The translations under genes were made by a program, and so were the position numbers. Positions 27,547 to 35,936 of a stretch of 64,000 bases of DNA are shown here, in pieces. The DNA lies in the sequence record NC_055781.1; one strand, written 5' to 3'. Source of the DNA: Escherichia phage p000v. Under the pieces are notes generated by a model that saw nothing but the letters and a program-made list of their open reading frames with translations, searched no databases and was not told where the DNA came from. Positions within the stretch are counted from its first letter, which is position 1. The number at the start of each line of letters is the position of its first letter.

Positions 27547-28006
27547 AAACTATATCAAGGGCGATATTGTCGCCCTGTTTTCTGAAGGTAAAAATGTTGC
27601 TCATGGTTGTAACTGTTTCCATACAATGGGCGCAGGAGTAGCCGGGCAATTAGCGAAGGCCTTTCCAAAGATTTTAGAAGCCGATAAACTTCAAACCGAA
27701 TTCGGAGACGAGTCTAAACTTGGGTCTTATTCGGTTTATGAAAAATATTTTAAGACCCATAAAGCTTATTGCTTTAATCTTTATACACAGTTTGAGCCGG
27801 GACCTAATTTTGAGTACTCTGCTTTAATGAATTGTATAATAGAATTAAATGAATTCGGAAAAAATAAGATAACAAAGCCTGTAATTTATATGCCAAGAAT
27901 TGGTGTAGGTATAGGTGGTGGAAACTGGGATATCATTGAAGAAATTCTTGATACATATTCCACTAAACTAGAAATTGTGATTGTTGATTGGGAACCATTG
28001 CTATGA
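27539..28006 (+). CDS. macrodomain protein (TARG1/OARD1-DarG-like), non-ATG start
   Basis: GDIVALF...VAHGCNCFHTMGAGVAGQLAKAF and MPRIGVGIGGGNW motifs; no in-frame ATG before the GDI strand; GTG 27539 proposed (TTG 27509/27530 alternatives). Confidence 0.65.
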   Translation: MIKNYIKGDIVALFSEGKNVAHGCNCFHTMGAGVAGQLAKAFPKILEADKLQTEFGDESKLGSYSVYEKYFKTHKAYCFNLYTQFEPGPNFEYSALMNCIIELNEFGKNKITKPVIYMPRIGVGIGGGNWDIIEEILDTYSTKLEIVIVDWEPLL

Positions 28007-28215
28007 AAGTACATTACCCACATCCGTTTGATCCTAAAAATAAAGCAGTAATTATTCGTCAATGGGAACGCATTTGTCGTACTAAATGTCCAATTAATAG
28101 TCCACATGACGTAGATAAAGACTACATCGGAACATTCGTTGAATATACCTTTATTGATAAGAAAGGTCGTAAACAACATGTAGAAGAATATTGCTTAAAG
28201 GTGACATGGTTATGA
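28003..28215 (+). CDS. hypothetical protein
   Basis: Start at MKVHYPH, ATGA overlap with macrodomain stop. Confidence 0.5.
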   Translation: MKVHYPHPFDPKNKAVIIRQWERICRTKCPINSPHDVDKDYIGTFVEYTFIDKKGRKQHVEEYCLKVTWL

Positions 28216-28243
28216 GTCAAACAAAAATTCTTACAGGTGCTAA

Positions 28244-28426
28244 ATGAAATTGACTAAAGAAGAGAAAACTAAACTGTTCGAACTTATCCATGACCTATTG
28301 GATGAGCAAGCAGCCACCAATGCGTACGATGAATATGCTCCTTTAACAGATGAAGAATATCAAGCATTGTTGGAATCATTTGACAGGAAAGAACAAGAAC
28401 TCATTGACTACGTGAATTCACTATAA
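28244..28426 (+). CDS. hypothetical acidic protein
   Basis: 60-aa ORF. Confidence 0.45.
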   Translation: MKLTKEEKTKLFELIHDLLDEQAATNAYDEYAPLTDEEYQALLESFDRKEQELIDYVNSL

Positions 28427-28435
28427 GGGACTCTT

Positions 28436-29017
28436 ATGGCTAGTTTAATTTTTACCTATGCCGCTATGAACGCTGGTAAGTCTGCTTCATTACTTACTGC
28501 CGCACATAACTATAAAGAACGTGGCATGGGTGTATTAGTTCTTAAACCGGCTATTGATACTCGCGATTCAAAAGGTGAAATAGTCTCTCGTATCGGTATT
28601 CGTCAGGATGCCAATATAATTACAAAAGACATGGATATCTTTGAATTTTATAAATGGGCAGCAGCACAAAAGGATATTCATTGTGTATTTGTTGACGAAG
28701 CTCAGTTCTTAACTACTGAAAAGGTGTATCAACTTAGTCGTATTGTTGACGTATACAATGTGCCAGTAATGGCATATGGACTACGAACAGATTTTAAAGG
28801 TAATCTATTTGAAGGTTCTCAAGCATTAATGGCTATTGCCGATAAGCTTGTTGAACTTAAAGGTGTCTGTCATTGCGGTAAAAAAGCCACAATGGTAGCT
28901 AGAGTCACGGAAGACGGACTTCCAATTACAGATGGCAGTCAAATTGAAATTGGTGATACCGATAGATACGTGTCATTATGCCGGAAGCATTGGAATGATT
29001 TGACAGGGTTGTTATAA
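28436..29017 (+). CDS. tk: thymidine kinase
   Basis: MASLIFTYAAMNAGKSASLL P-loop; colinear with T4 Tk including CHCGKKA zinc motif. Confidence 0.95.
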   Translation: MASLIFTYAAMNAGKSASLLTAAHNYKERGMGVLVLKPAIDTRDSKGEIVSRIGIRQDANIITKDMDIFEFYKWAAAQKDIHCVFVDEAQFLTTEKVYQLSRIVDVYNVPVMAYGLRTDFKGNLFEGSQALMAIADKLVELKGVCHCGKKATMVARVTEDGLPITDGSQIEIGDTDRYVSLCRKHWNDLTGLL

Positions 29018-29044
29018 ATACTAATATCTAACCAAGAGGTATAT

Positions 29045-29257
29045 ATGCAGCAATTAAACGAAAGACAACTTCGTAATCTTACTGTAACCCAATTGGATGA
29101 AATCCGAAGAGAATTAGGACATTCTATTTCTCATTTAAACGAGGATATCCGTCAAACTGGTTCTAAAGCTGATTATACACGCAAGCGCAAGCTGGAAAAA
29201 TACCTCACAGATGTTAAGGCCGTCCAAAGGCGAAAAATAAATACTGGCCAAAATTAA
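29045..29257 (+). CDS. hypothetical basic protein
   Basis: 70-aa ORF with SD. Confidence 0.5.
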   Translation: MQQLNERQLRNLTVTQLDEIRRELGHSISHLNEDIRQTGSKADYTRKRKLEKYLTDVKAVQRRKINTGQN

Positions 29258-29269
29258 CAGGAGGCCTAT

Positions 29270-29572
29270 ATGGCCTTAAGAGCGATAGCTGTCATGGCGA
29301 TGCTGGGTTTTTTTGCAGCAACAACTCCTATCGTTGGTACTGCACGTATTGACCCATATTTTGATAACTTTATGGAATCAGGGATTAAAAACGTATATAC
29401 TTTGTTCGAAATTCAAAATGTTGAGAATTCTGAAAAATTCTATAAGTATATGGCAAAGCATTACAAAAATAGCCCCTGTGATGATGCATTTGAATGTCAT
29501 GAACAAGGCATAAAAACTGCCAGACAATTTGCTGAGTTCATGAAAATAAAATTAGAGCCTACATCTATCTAA
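29270..29572 (+). CDS. rI: lysis inhibition regulator RI (antiholin)
   Basis: MALRAIAVMAMLGFFAA signal-anchor then IDPYFDNFMESGIKNVYTLFE...; matches T4 RI as recalled. Confidence 0.85.
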   Translation: MALRAIAVMAMLGFFAATTPIVGTARIDPYFDNFMESGIKNVYTLFEIQNVENSEKFYKYMAKHYKNSPCDDAFECHEQGIKTARQFAEFMKIKLEPTSI

Positions 29573-29578
29573 TTTACT

Positions 29579-29607
29579 AGCCCCTTCCTTATGGTTGGGG
29601 CTTTTTT
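29579..29607 (+). terminator. intrinsic terminator
   Basis: AGCCCC/GGGGCT stem followed by TTTTTT; near-duplicate of terminator at 13618. Confidence 0.8.
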
Positions 29608-29617
29608 GTATCTATCA

Positions 29618-29669
29618 GTTTACTTCTCCGCAGGTTGTGTTATAGTAGTCTTTACTTACTAGAGGAGAA
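29618..29669 (+). promoter_or_regulatory. early-type promoter with anti-SD (TTCTCC) in spacer pairing to downstream SD
   Basis: GTTTAC, 17-bp spacer, TATAGT; TTCTCC 29625-29630 complementary to GGAGAA 29664-29669. Confidence 0.55.
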
Positions 29670-29673
29670 CGTT

Positions 29674-29853
29674 ATGTCACGTAAAGAAAAAATTTCTAAG
29701 TTAATGTTTTTGATTGAAGAGTACGCTAATGCCGTATCTGATTGGGAGAATGCCCACGGGTGCGAAGATGGCGATATTGATATCAATAAGGCAATGAAAA
29801 AGATGGCTGACGCCCACACCGAATTGCAAATGTATGTTAACGAGATTATGTGA
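29674..29853 (+). CDS. hypothetical protein
   Basis: Start at MSRKEK (AGAGGAG SD); 59 aa. Confidence 0.5.
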   Translation: MSRKEKISKLMFLIEEYANAVSDWENAHGCEDGDIDINKAMKKMADAHTELQMYVNEIM

Positions 29854-29860
29854 GGACATT

Positions 29861-30067
29861 ATGCTTTACGATTATACTGGAAAATCTGAAGACGGTGTAC
29901 TTGAACTTTTACCTGAAAGCGCTGAAGATGATGATACGGTGGTGATGTTTTGTAAAAATGGTCCTGGGGATAAGGGATGGATTTATCTTCGTCAAGAAAA
30001 TGATCTAATTGTTTTGGACCCAAAACAAGTTGAAGAACTTTATCAACATTTAAAACATAATCGGTAG
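29861..30067 (+). CDS. hypothetical acidic protein
   Basis: Start at MLYDYTGK; 68 aa. Confidence 0.5.
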   Translation: MLYDYTGKSEDGVLELLPESAEDDDTVVMFCKNGPGDKGWIYLRQENDLIVLDPKQVEELYQHLKHNR

Positions 30068-30105
30068 TTTACATCTTGGTAGGATTATGTTATAGTAGTC
30101 CTACC
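30067..30105 (+). promoter_or_regulatory. early-type promoter with inverted repeat GGTAGGATTA/TAGTCCTACC (PeSL-like)
   Basis: GTTTAC, TATAGT; same cassette family. Confidence 0.6.
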
Positions 30106-30124
30106 AAAACGAACGGAGAACAAA

Positions 30125-30235
30125 ATGAAACTTTTGCTTATCGCTTATGTTGTAGTACAATACAATTATCCGATGTTTACTTATAACATGGTAAACGGCA
30201 TAGTGAATCTTATTGAAACGAGTATGGTAAAATGA
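30125..30235 (+). CDS. small hydrophobic peptide (36 aa)
   Basis: Not in track; GGAGA SD; MKLLLIAYVVVQYNYPMF...; ATGA-coupled to next ORF. Confidence 0.4.
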   Translation: MKLLLIAYVVVQYNYPMFTYNMVNGIVNLIETSMVK

Positions 30236-30411
30236 CCCGTGAACAAGCTATTAAATTGATGGAACTTATCCGTAACTTACGTGAAGCCGATTCAGATTTG
30301 AATGATGTAGCTTATCATGCAGTAAATGATAACGAAGACTTTTATGAAAAACAGGTTGATGCTTGTCTGAATGATTTGGTGAATTTTGTTGAAACTTTAA
30401 TTGGTGAATAA
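30232..30411 (+). CDS. small acidic protein (59 aa)
   Basis: Not in track (<60 aa); open frame ending 2 nt before next gene. Confidence 0.4.
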   Translation: MTREQAIKLMELIRNLREADSDLNDVAYHAVNDNEDFYEKQVDACLNDLVNFVETLIGE

Positions 30412-30412
30412 T

Positions 30413-30943
30413 ATGAAAATTGTAATTGAAACAACCGAGTTGTTTGGTGATTTATGTATCGAAAAACGTGGTTATGTGTATGTTCTGACACAAGAAGATG
30501 ATTCTGTTACTATTCTTCCTATGGAACTGGACAAGATTTTGAAACTCAATCCGCCTGGCCATGCATCTGTAATTAACATCGATGAAGACCTTCAAGTTCG
30601 TTTTTATCACGGTCTTTATAGTGGGGTTAATATCGAAACAGAAGATGAATGCCTTTCTATTAATAATTGGAAAACATTCGTCACTAAGGTGAAAGAATTA
30701 ATGGAATCTGAAACAGCCAAAAAGGCCAAACTTCAATGGGCTAAATGCCGTAATGCTTTTATTACAAATCAGGACCGCCCTGACTATACAACAGTCCTAG
30801 GTGTTAATCCTTCTTATGAAGATGGCGATGTTGTAGTTATTCGTCAAATTGATGACCTTCGTCAGCATATCGTTACATTAGACAAAGATGAAGCAGTTGC
30901 TCTTAAAGCTTATCTCGATTCTATTATCCCAACTTTGAAATAA
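30413..30943 (+). CDS. hypothetical protein
   Basis: Start at MKIVIET; 176 aa. Confidence 0.6.
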   Translation: MKIVIETTELFGDLCIEKRGYVYVLTQEDDSVTILPMELDKILKLNPPGHASVINIDEDLQVRFYHGLYSGVNIETEDECLSINNWKTFVTKVKELMESETAKKAKLQWAKCRNAFITNQDRPDYTTVLGVNPSYEDGDVVVIRQIDDLRQHIVTLDKDEAVALKAYLDSIIPTLK

Positions 30944-30952
30944 GGAATTATT

Positions 30953-31426
30953 ATGATTATCAATGAAAACTCTTGGCACTTTAAAATTTATGCCGCGTTT
31001 AATAGTACATGGAATCGCCCGAAAACGTTGTGTGCTTATTTTTGGAAAACGTTAATCCCGGTATTGGCTGTTTCAATTATTGGATTTGCGATTTTAGCCG
31101 CAGTCACAATCATTGGCCAGGAAATTTTAACTAAATTCTTTGTTTTTAGCAGTCTATGGACATTAGTTCCAGCCTCAATTGGTGTAGGTGTTTTATTCAT
31201 TGCATTATGTGTTGGTATTTCTATAGTTTTAGTATTAGGCATACCGTGGCTAATCGACTTATACAGAGAGCGGAAGTATTATAAAGAAGTTGAGCTCATT
31301 GCACAAAACCAAGAACGAATTAAAAATGGACTTGAGCCTATTGAACGTAAGAAATCATTAATAGGTGAATACCTTAAAGCTCGTAAAGAAAAAGTCTGTC
31401 CTACTCTTGAATATAAGGCTAAATGA
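30953..31426 (+). CDS. membrane protein
   Basis: Multiple hydrophobic helices; 157 aa. Confidence 0.6.
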   Translation: MIINENSWHFKIYAAFNSTWNRPKTLCAYFWKTLIPVLAVSIIGFAILAAVTIIGQEILTKFFVFSSLWTLVPASIGVGVLFIALCVGISIVLVLGIPWLIDLYRERKYYKEVELIAQNQERIKNGLEPIERKKSLIGEYLKARKEKVCPTLEYKAK

Positions 31427-32412
31427 TGAAAACGATTGTTAAGGCTTACTTTGGTAGCCACCTTTATGGAACGTCTACTCCTGAATCTGACGTCGATTTT
31501 AAAGAAATTTATGTCCCTCATGCTCGTGATATCTTGACCGGTAACGTTAAAGAACACATGAGCAAGAACACGAATAACACATCTTCTAAGAACACAAAAG
31601 ACGACGTGGACCATGAGTTGTATAGTCTCAAATATTTCTTTAAACTAGCTGCGGATGGTGAAACCGTCGCATTAGACATGCTTCACACTCCACCAAGTCT
31701 AGTAGTTAAATCTGATTTGCCTGATGTATGGAAGTATATTCAAGATAACAGGTCTCGTTTCTATACCACTAACATGAAATCTTATTTAGGGTACGTCCGT
31801 AAGCAAGCTTCTAAATACGGTGTCAAGGGTTCTCGACTGGCTGTTCTTCGTCAAGCCCTTAAACGTTCTAATGAATGGGGACAATACTTTGATAACGGTG
31901 CAGTAATTCGTTTATCACATATGAAGAATGTTCTGCCTGTAGGTGAATTTGCTTCGTGGGTTGAAACCGAAAACGAGAAAACAGGTAAGCAAACATTCTA
32001 TAGTCTGTTAGACCGTAAATTCCAAGATACGTTAACTAACAAAGAGTTCAATGCCATCCTGGTTAAACTGGAAGAGAACTACGGTGAACGTGCTCGTAAG
32101 GCGGAAGCCAACGAAGGTATTGACTGGAAAGCATTGAGTCATGCATGTCGTGGTGGACTTCAATTATTAGAAATTTACAAAACAGGCGACCTGGTTTACC
32201 CACTTCAGGATGCTCCATTTATTCTCGATGTTAAGCTTGGTAAACATACGTTTAAAACTGTACAAGAATTCCTAGAAGATATCGTTGACCAAGTTGAACA
32301 TGCGTCAGAACAAGCTGCCAAGAACGGTATGCAACAAAAAGTAGATATGAGTTTCTGGGATGACTTCCTTGAACAAGTCTATCTCGAAAATCATAATTCT
32401 TACTATAAATAA
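31423..32412 (+). CDS. nucleotidyltransferase-fold protein (GS...DVD motif)
   Basis: N-terminal FGSHLYGTSTPESDVDF fits pol-beta-like NTase signature; 329 aa. Confidence 0.6.
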   Translation: MMKTIVKAYFGSHLYGTSTPESDVDFKEIYVPHARDILTGNVKEHMSKNTNNTSSKNTKDDVDHELYSLKYFFKLAADGETVALDMLHTPPSLVVKSDLPDVWKYIQDNRSRFYTTNMKSYLGYVRKQASKYGVKGSRLAVLRQALKRSNEWGQYFDNGAVIRLSHMKNVLPVGEFASWVETENEKTGKQTFYSLLDRKFQDTLTNKEFNAILVKLEENYGERARKAEANEGIDWKALSHACRGGLQLLEIYKTGDLVYPLQDAPFILDVKLGKHTFKTVQEFLEDIVDQVEHASEQAAKNGMQQKVDMSFWDDFLEQVYLENHNSYYK

Positions 32413-32443
32413 GTAGATAAATAACCCTTAACTTGAGGTAAAT

Positions 32444-32710
32444 ATGAAAAAATTAGTAATTGGTTTATTCGCAGTAATGATGACATTCTCTGTTGGTGCT
32501 ACCACGGGTGCAGGAGCTGGTGGTGGCCAGTCTTCTGCGCCTTCTAACGGTTCGGTAAATGCATCACATTCTCAGGGTATTGAGAACATTAAATCAAGCT
32601 ATATTAATAGCACGGCCGGACAAGCAACTGAAGCATGGTCAAAGGGTCGAGTAGTTACTCGCTCTGTATTCTGTGATATGCCTAATTATGTTGCTAAGTG
32701 TGATAAGTAA
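32444..32710 (+). CDS. secreted small protein
   Basis: Signal peptide MKKLVIGLFAVMMTFSVGA; Gly/Ser-rich; two Cys near C-terminus. Confidence 0.6.
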   Translation: MKKLVIGLFAVMMTFSVGATTGAGAGGGQSSAPSNGSVNASHSQGIENIKSSYINSTAGQATEAWSKGRVVTRSVFCDMPNYVAKCDK

Positions 32711-32761
32711 ATGTGGGGACCTTCGGGTCCCTTTAGGGGGTTAAAATATTTTTAAAAAGTA

Positions 32762-32790
32762 GTGTACATGCTTTTAGGATATGATACTAT
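32762..32790 (+). promoter_or_regulatory. early-type promoter (GTGTAC / TACTAT)
   Basis: 17-bp spacer; follows terminator-like hairpin. Confidence 0.5.
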
Positions 32791-32828
32791 AGACCTATCG
32801 AAACGAAATGAGTAAATTGGAGAATAAA

Positions 32829-33809
32829 ATGTTCAACGTTCAAATCAAAAAAGGTATCTATCGTAATAACGAAATCTCTGGTTCTTATGTTGCCACAAAG
32901 ACCTGGTTCCCGGCAAAGCTTAATCCTGAATGTTCCCACTTAGGTGACGGTAAAATTTTCGTTATGATTGATGGTTCTGAACGTGGAGTATGGGTCTTCA
33001 AATCAGACATCGTAATGGAAGGAGTTGAGACATCACCAGTTGCAGTTGTTGAAAGCACTGAAGATATGAAAACTCGTATCAACAAACGCTTTAAAGTAAT
33101 GAACATGATGACGAATGGCATTATTGATGGCAAAATTCGTTCACTCATTATTTCAGGTGCAGCTGGTATTGGTAAGACGTATTCTCTGGATAAAGCACTT
33201 AATAATGCTAATGATAATGGTTTCATCAAATACAAAAGCATTAATGGTAAAATCTCCGGTATTGGCCTTTACGAACAACTTTGGCTCAACCGTGATGCAG
33301 ACAGCGTTCTCTTAATCGATGACGTTGACGTATTCTCAGATATGGACATCCTGAACCTTCTTAAAGCCGCATTAGATACCGGCGATAAACGCAAAGTTTG
33401 CTGGAGCACTGCATCATCTTATCTTGATGATAAGGGTATCGATAAAGAATTTGAGTTTGAAGGTACTATCGTTTTCATTACAAACGTTGATATTGATAAA
33501 GAGTTAGAACGCGGTTCGAAACTTGCTCCGCACCTTCAAGCTCTAGTATCTCGTTCAGTGTATCTCGACCTTGGAGTACACTCTAATGAAGAGATTATGG
33601 TTCGAGTTGAAGATGTAATATTATCTACTGACATGATGCAGAAACGTGGCTTGACTGATGCTGAAACGTACAAAGCATTGTCCTGGATGAAGGCTAACGT
33701 ATCTCGTCTTCGCAATGTATCATTACGTACGGCTCTTTATGTAGCAGATTTTATTTCAACTGATAAAGATGGTTGGGAAGAAATCTCGGAAGTTACTTTA
33801 CTGAAATAA
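32829..33809 (+). CDS. AAA+ ATPase (initiator/DnaC-IstB-like motif pattern)
   Basis: Walker A GAAGIGKT, Walker B VLLIDDVD, sensor-1-like IVFITN; start at second ATG with GGAGA SD. Confidence 0.65.
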   Translation: MFNVQIKKGIYRNNEISGSYVATKTWFPAKLNPECSHLGDGKIFVMIDGSERGVWVFKSDIVMEGVETSPVAVVESTEDMKTRINKRFKVMNMMTNGIIDGKIRSLIISGAAGIGKTYSLDKALNNANDNGFIKYKSINGKISGIGLYEQLWLNRDADSVLLIDDVDVFSDMDILNLLKAALDTGDKRKVCWSTASSYLDDKGIDKEFEFEGTIVFITNVDIDKELERGSKLAPHLQALVSRSVYLDLGVHSNEEIMVRVEDVILSTDMMQKRGLTDAETYKALSWMKANVSRLRNVSLRTALYVADFISTDKDGWEEISEVTLLK

Positions 33810-33947
33810 GCTTATAGGAAGTTCTTAGGTAACAAAAGCCATAAAGATGAATAATCATATGGCTTACCTCAAAGAAGGACACCAGGAACCTACTGAGGGC
33901 ATAGAAATATTTAAAAATAATGATGTACAAATCAAAGAGGATATGTT

Positions 33948-34235
33948 ATGGATTTTATGCAAAAAATTAAAGCCGCAGTCGAACTCTATGCACATCGTAT
34001 GGTTAGTTCTACGATGCAATATAGCGAGGAAGTTCGCCAGGACTCTTCCTTGAAAGGAAAAACTAAAGCCTTAATTACCTTAGATCATTTGCAAAAGAAT
34101 GCCATAGAGATGCTCCAGTACGACAAGAGTGTATATAAGAAAGAACAGGAAGAGAAACTTAAATCTGAAAAATTACAAAAAATCCCGAAGTCTGTTTGGT
34201 TCAGTGGAAAAAATACCGAAAAAAGTTTCTTTTAG
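33948..34235 (+). CDS. hypothetical protein
   Basis: 95-aa ORF with AGAGGA SD. Confidence 0.5.
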   Translation: MDFMQKIKAAVELYAHRMVSSTMQYSEEVRQDSSLKGKTKALITLDHLQKNAIEMLQYDKSVYKKEQEEKLKSEKLQKIPKSVWFSGKNTEKSFF

Positions 34236-34237
34236 TT

Positions 34238-34272
34238 GTTTACAAGGTCTATGGTTATGTTATTATAGACCT
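34238..34272 (+). promoter_or_regulatory. early-type promoter with inverted repeat AGGTCTAT/ATAGACCT
   Basis: GTTTAC, 17-bp spacer, TATTAT. Confidence 0.55.
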
Positions 34273-34293
34273 ATCAACTACTGGAGGTAAAAC

Positions 34294-34821
34294 ATGAACG
34301 CTAAAGATATTTTCAACCTGGTAAATTATAACGACGGTAAATTTAAATCTGAAGCACAGAGCAAGTTCTTTAATGACGTTGCTTATGGTAACGAGATTAC
34401 CGTGGATGGAGGTCAGATTTTCAAATCTCGCTGGAATTGGATTGTTATCATCGATTCAGTTGGAATTGTGGAAGTCTACAAAAACACTAACAAAAAACGT
34501 ACATTATTCTGGTCTCGTGAAACTAACGAGCAGTACAAAAAGGATAAAGCATCTCGTTTATCCAAAGTAACCCAGGAAGATATCGAGTTCATTAAGAAAG
34601 ATATCGAGATGTATGAAAATTTAATCGCTGAAGACCAGGCAGTACTCGATAAGTTTGATGAAATTAAAGCTTCTCGTGAAATCCCTGACTTCATGAAAGA
34701 AACAGTAAACGAACGATACGCTCTCACTTCAGAACGTATTGCAAACTATACAAAACAGAAAGCAGAACGTATTAGTACTCTTCGGAAATTTGAAGAACGT
34801 TTAAAGACGGTTCACGCATAA
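34294..34821 (+). CDS. hypothetical protein
   Basis: 175-aa ORF with GGAGG SD. Confidence 0.6.
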   Translation: MNAKDIFNLVNYNDGKFKSEAQSKFFNDVAYGNEITVDGGQIFKSRWNWIVIIDSVGIVEVYKNTNKKRTLFWSRETNEQYKKDKASRLSKVTQEDIEFIKKDIEMYENLIAEDQAVLDKFDEIKASREIPDFMKETVNERYALTSERIANYTKQKAERISTLRKFEERLKTVHA

Positions 34822-34883
34822 ACGCTTTACCCAAGGACGGGTTATAATGGTTTTGAGTTCCAATTCAATCTGAGGAAATAGTT

Positions 34884-35879
34884 ATGAGCATTACATCTGA
34901 TGCGGTAAAACATGAAATTAACGGTTTATGTGCTTCACAGATTAAAGTGTGGTTTAAAGACCATAACGATCGCAGAGCACTTAATTATGAGCAAATTGCT
35001 ATCCAAGTTCATCAATTACTGACTAGTAAATTTGATTTTCATATGCCGTCTGAAATCTATACTAATCTGCCGCGAGCACTTATTAAAGCGTGTAAAGGTT
35101 ATGGAAAATCAATGGCTGACGGAATCTTCAGCGCGCTGAATAAACTTAACGTTCTGTCGATGATTAACTCTAACAATATCCTGCGTAATCTAGGACGTAC
35201 TGATTTGTTCGGTCGTGAACAGTGTAAAATGCCTTTGAAATGGATTGTTGCTCATCTTAACGAGAACCAAACACGTTTTATGGCCGTAACAGCACGTTTA
35301 CAAATGGGCCTAGATCGTCAGATGAACTTTAAAACTCATCCACGTTATTCAGGTTCAACAGACTTTTATAAATGTGAGCTTCAAAAGGTTGGTGGTAAAA
35401 CTGTCTTAGTAGTTCGTGTAACGTTTGAAGGACGACGTCAAGGATATTTTGACATAATCGGCTCTGGTCTTAAACATTGTGGATTTATCGACGAAGTTGA
35501 TATCAAGCGAGACGGCATTGGATACCGTATTGGGTATGTTTGTACTCTTAAAGAAGAGATTTCAGGACCAGCTCCAGGACTAAAAGACGTTAGATATAAA
35601 GACGAGCTCGTTGAAGAAATAAAAGAAGTTGAATATGATATCAACCAAGAAGATGCTCTTAAAGACCTTATTGATGAACTGAACCAAGATGTTATTCCTG
35701 TTCAGAAATTTGAATCAAAACATGCTGAGCAAATCAAATACTTTGAAGCTTTGATTAACGAACTTAATGTAACTATTCAACAGACTGACGATGAAATCTC
35801 ACGATTAGCAGGCTTAAACGGTAAAAATAAAACAGAACGAGCTAATCTTATTCAAGTAGTAAAACTTCTTAAGGAATGA
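34884..35879 (+). CDS. hypothetical protein with C-terminal coiled coil
   Basis: 331-aa ORF, GAGGA SD. Confidence 0.65.
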   Translation: MSITSDAVKHEINGLCASQIKVWFKDHNDRRALNYEQIAIQVHQLLTSKFDFHMPSEIYTNLPRALIKACKGYGKSMADGIFSALNKLNVLSMINSNNILRNLGRTDLFGREQCKMPLKWIVAHLNENQTRFMAVTARLQMGLDRQMNFKTHPRYSGSTDFYKCELQKVGGKTVLVVRVTFEGRRQGYFDIIGSGLKHCGFIDEVDIKRDGIGYRIGYVCTLKEEISGPAPGLKDVRYKDELVEEIKEVEYDINQEDALKDLIDELNQDVIPVQKFESKHAEQIKYFEALINELNVTIQQTDDEISRLAGLNGKNKTERANLIQVVKLLKE

Positions 35880-35908
35880 TGTACAACCAAGGATGGTTGG
35901 AGTATAAT
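35880..35908 (+). promoter_or_regulatory. promoter-like cassette (TGTACA / TATAAT) with CAACC-AAGGAT-GGTTG hairpin in spacer
   Basis: Related to cassette at 14934-14962 (TGATGTACAA...CCAAGGATGG). Confidence 0.45.
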
Positions 35909-35936
35909 GAATCTATCTTAACTAGAGGAAAATATT

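Noticed and set aside
33847-34053. Track ORF 33847..34053
   Set aside because: No SD, overlaps the better-supported ORF 33948..34235 in another frame
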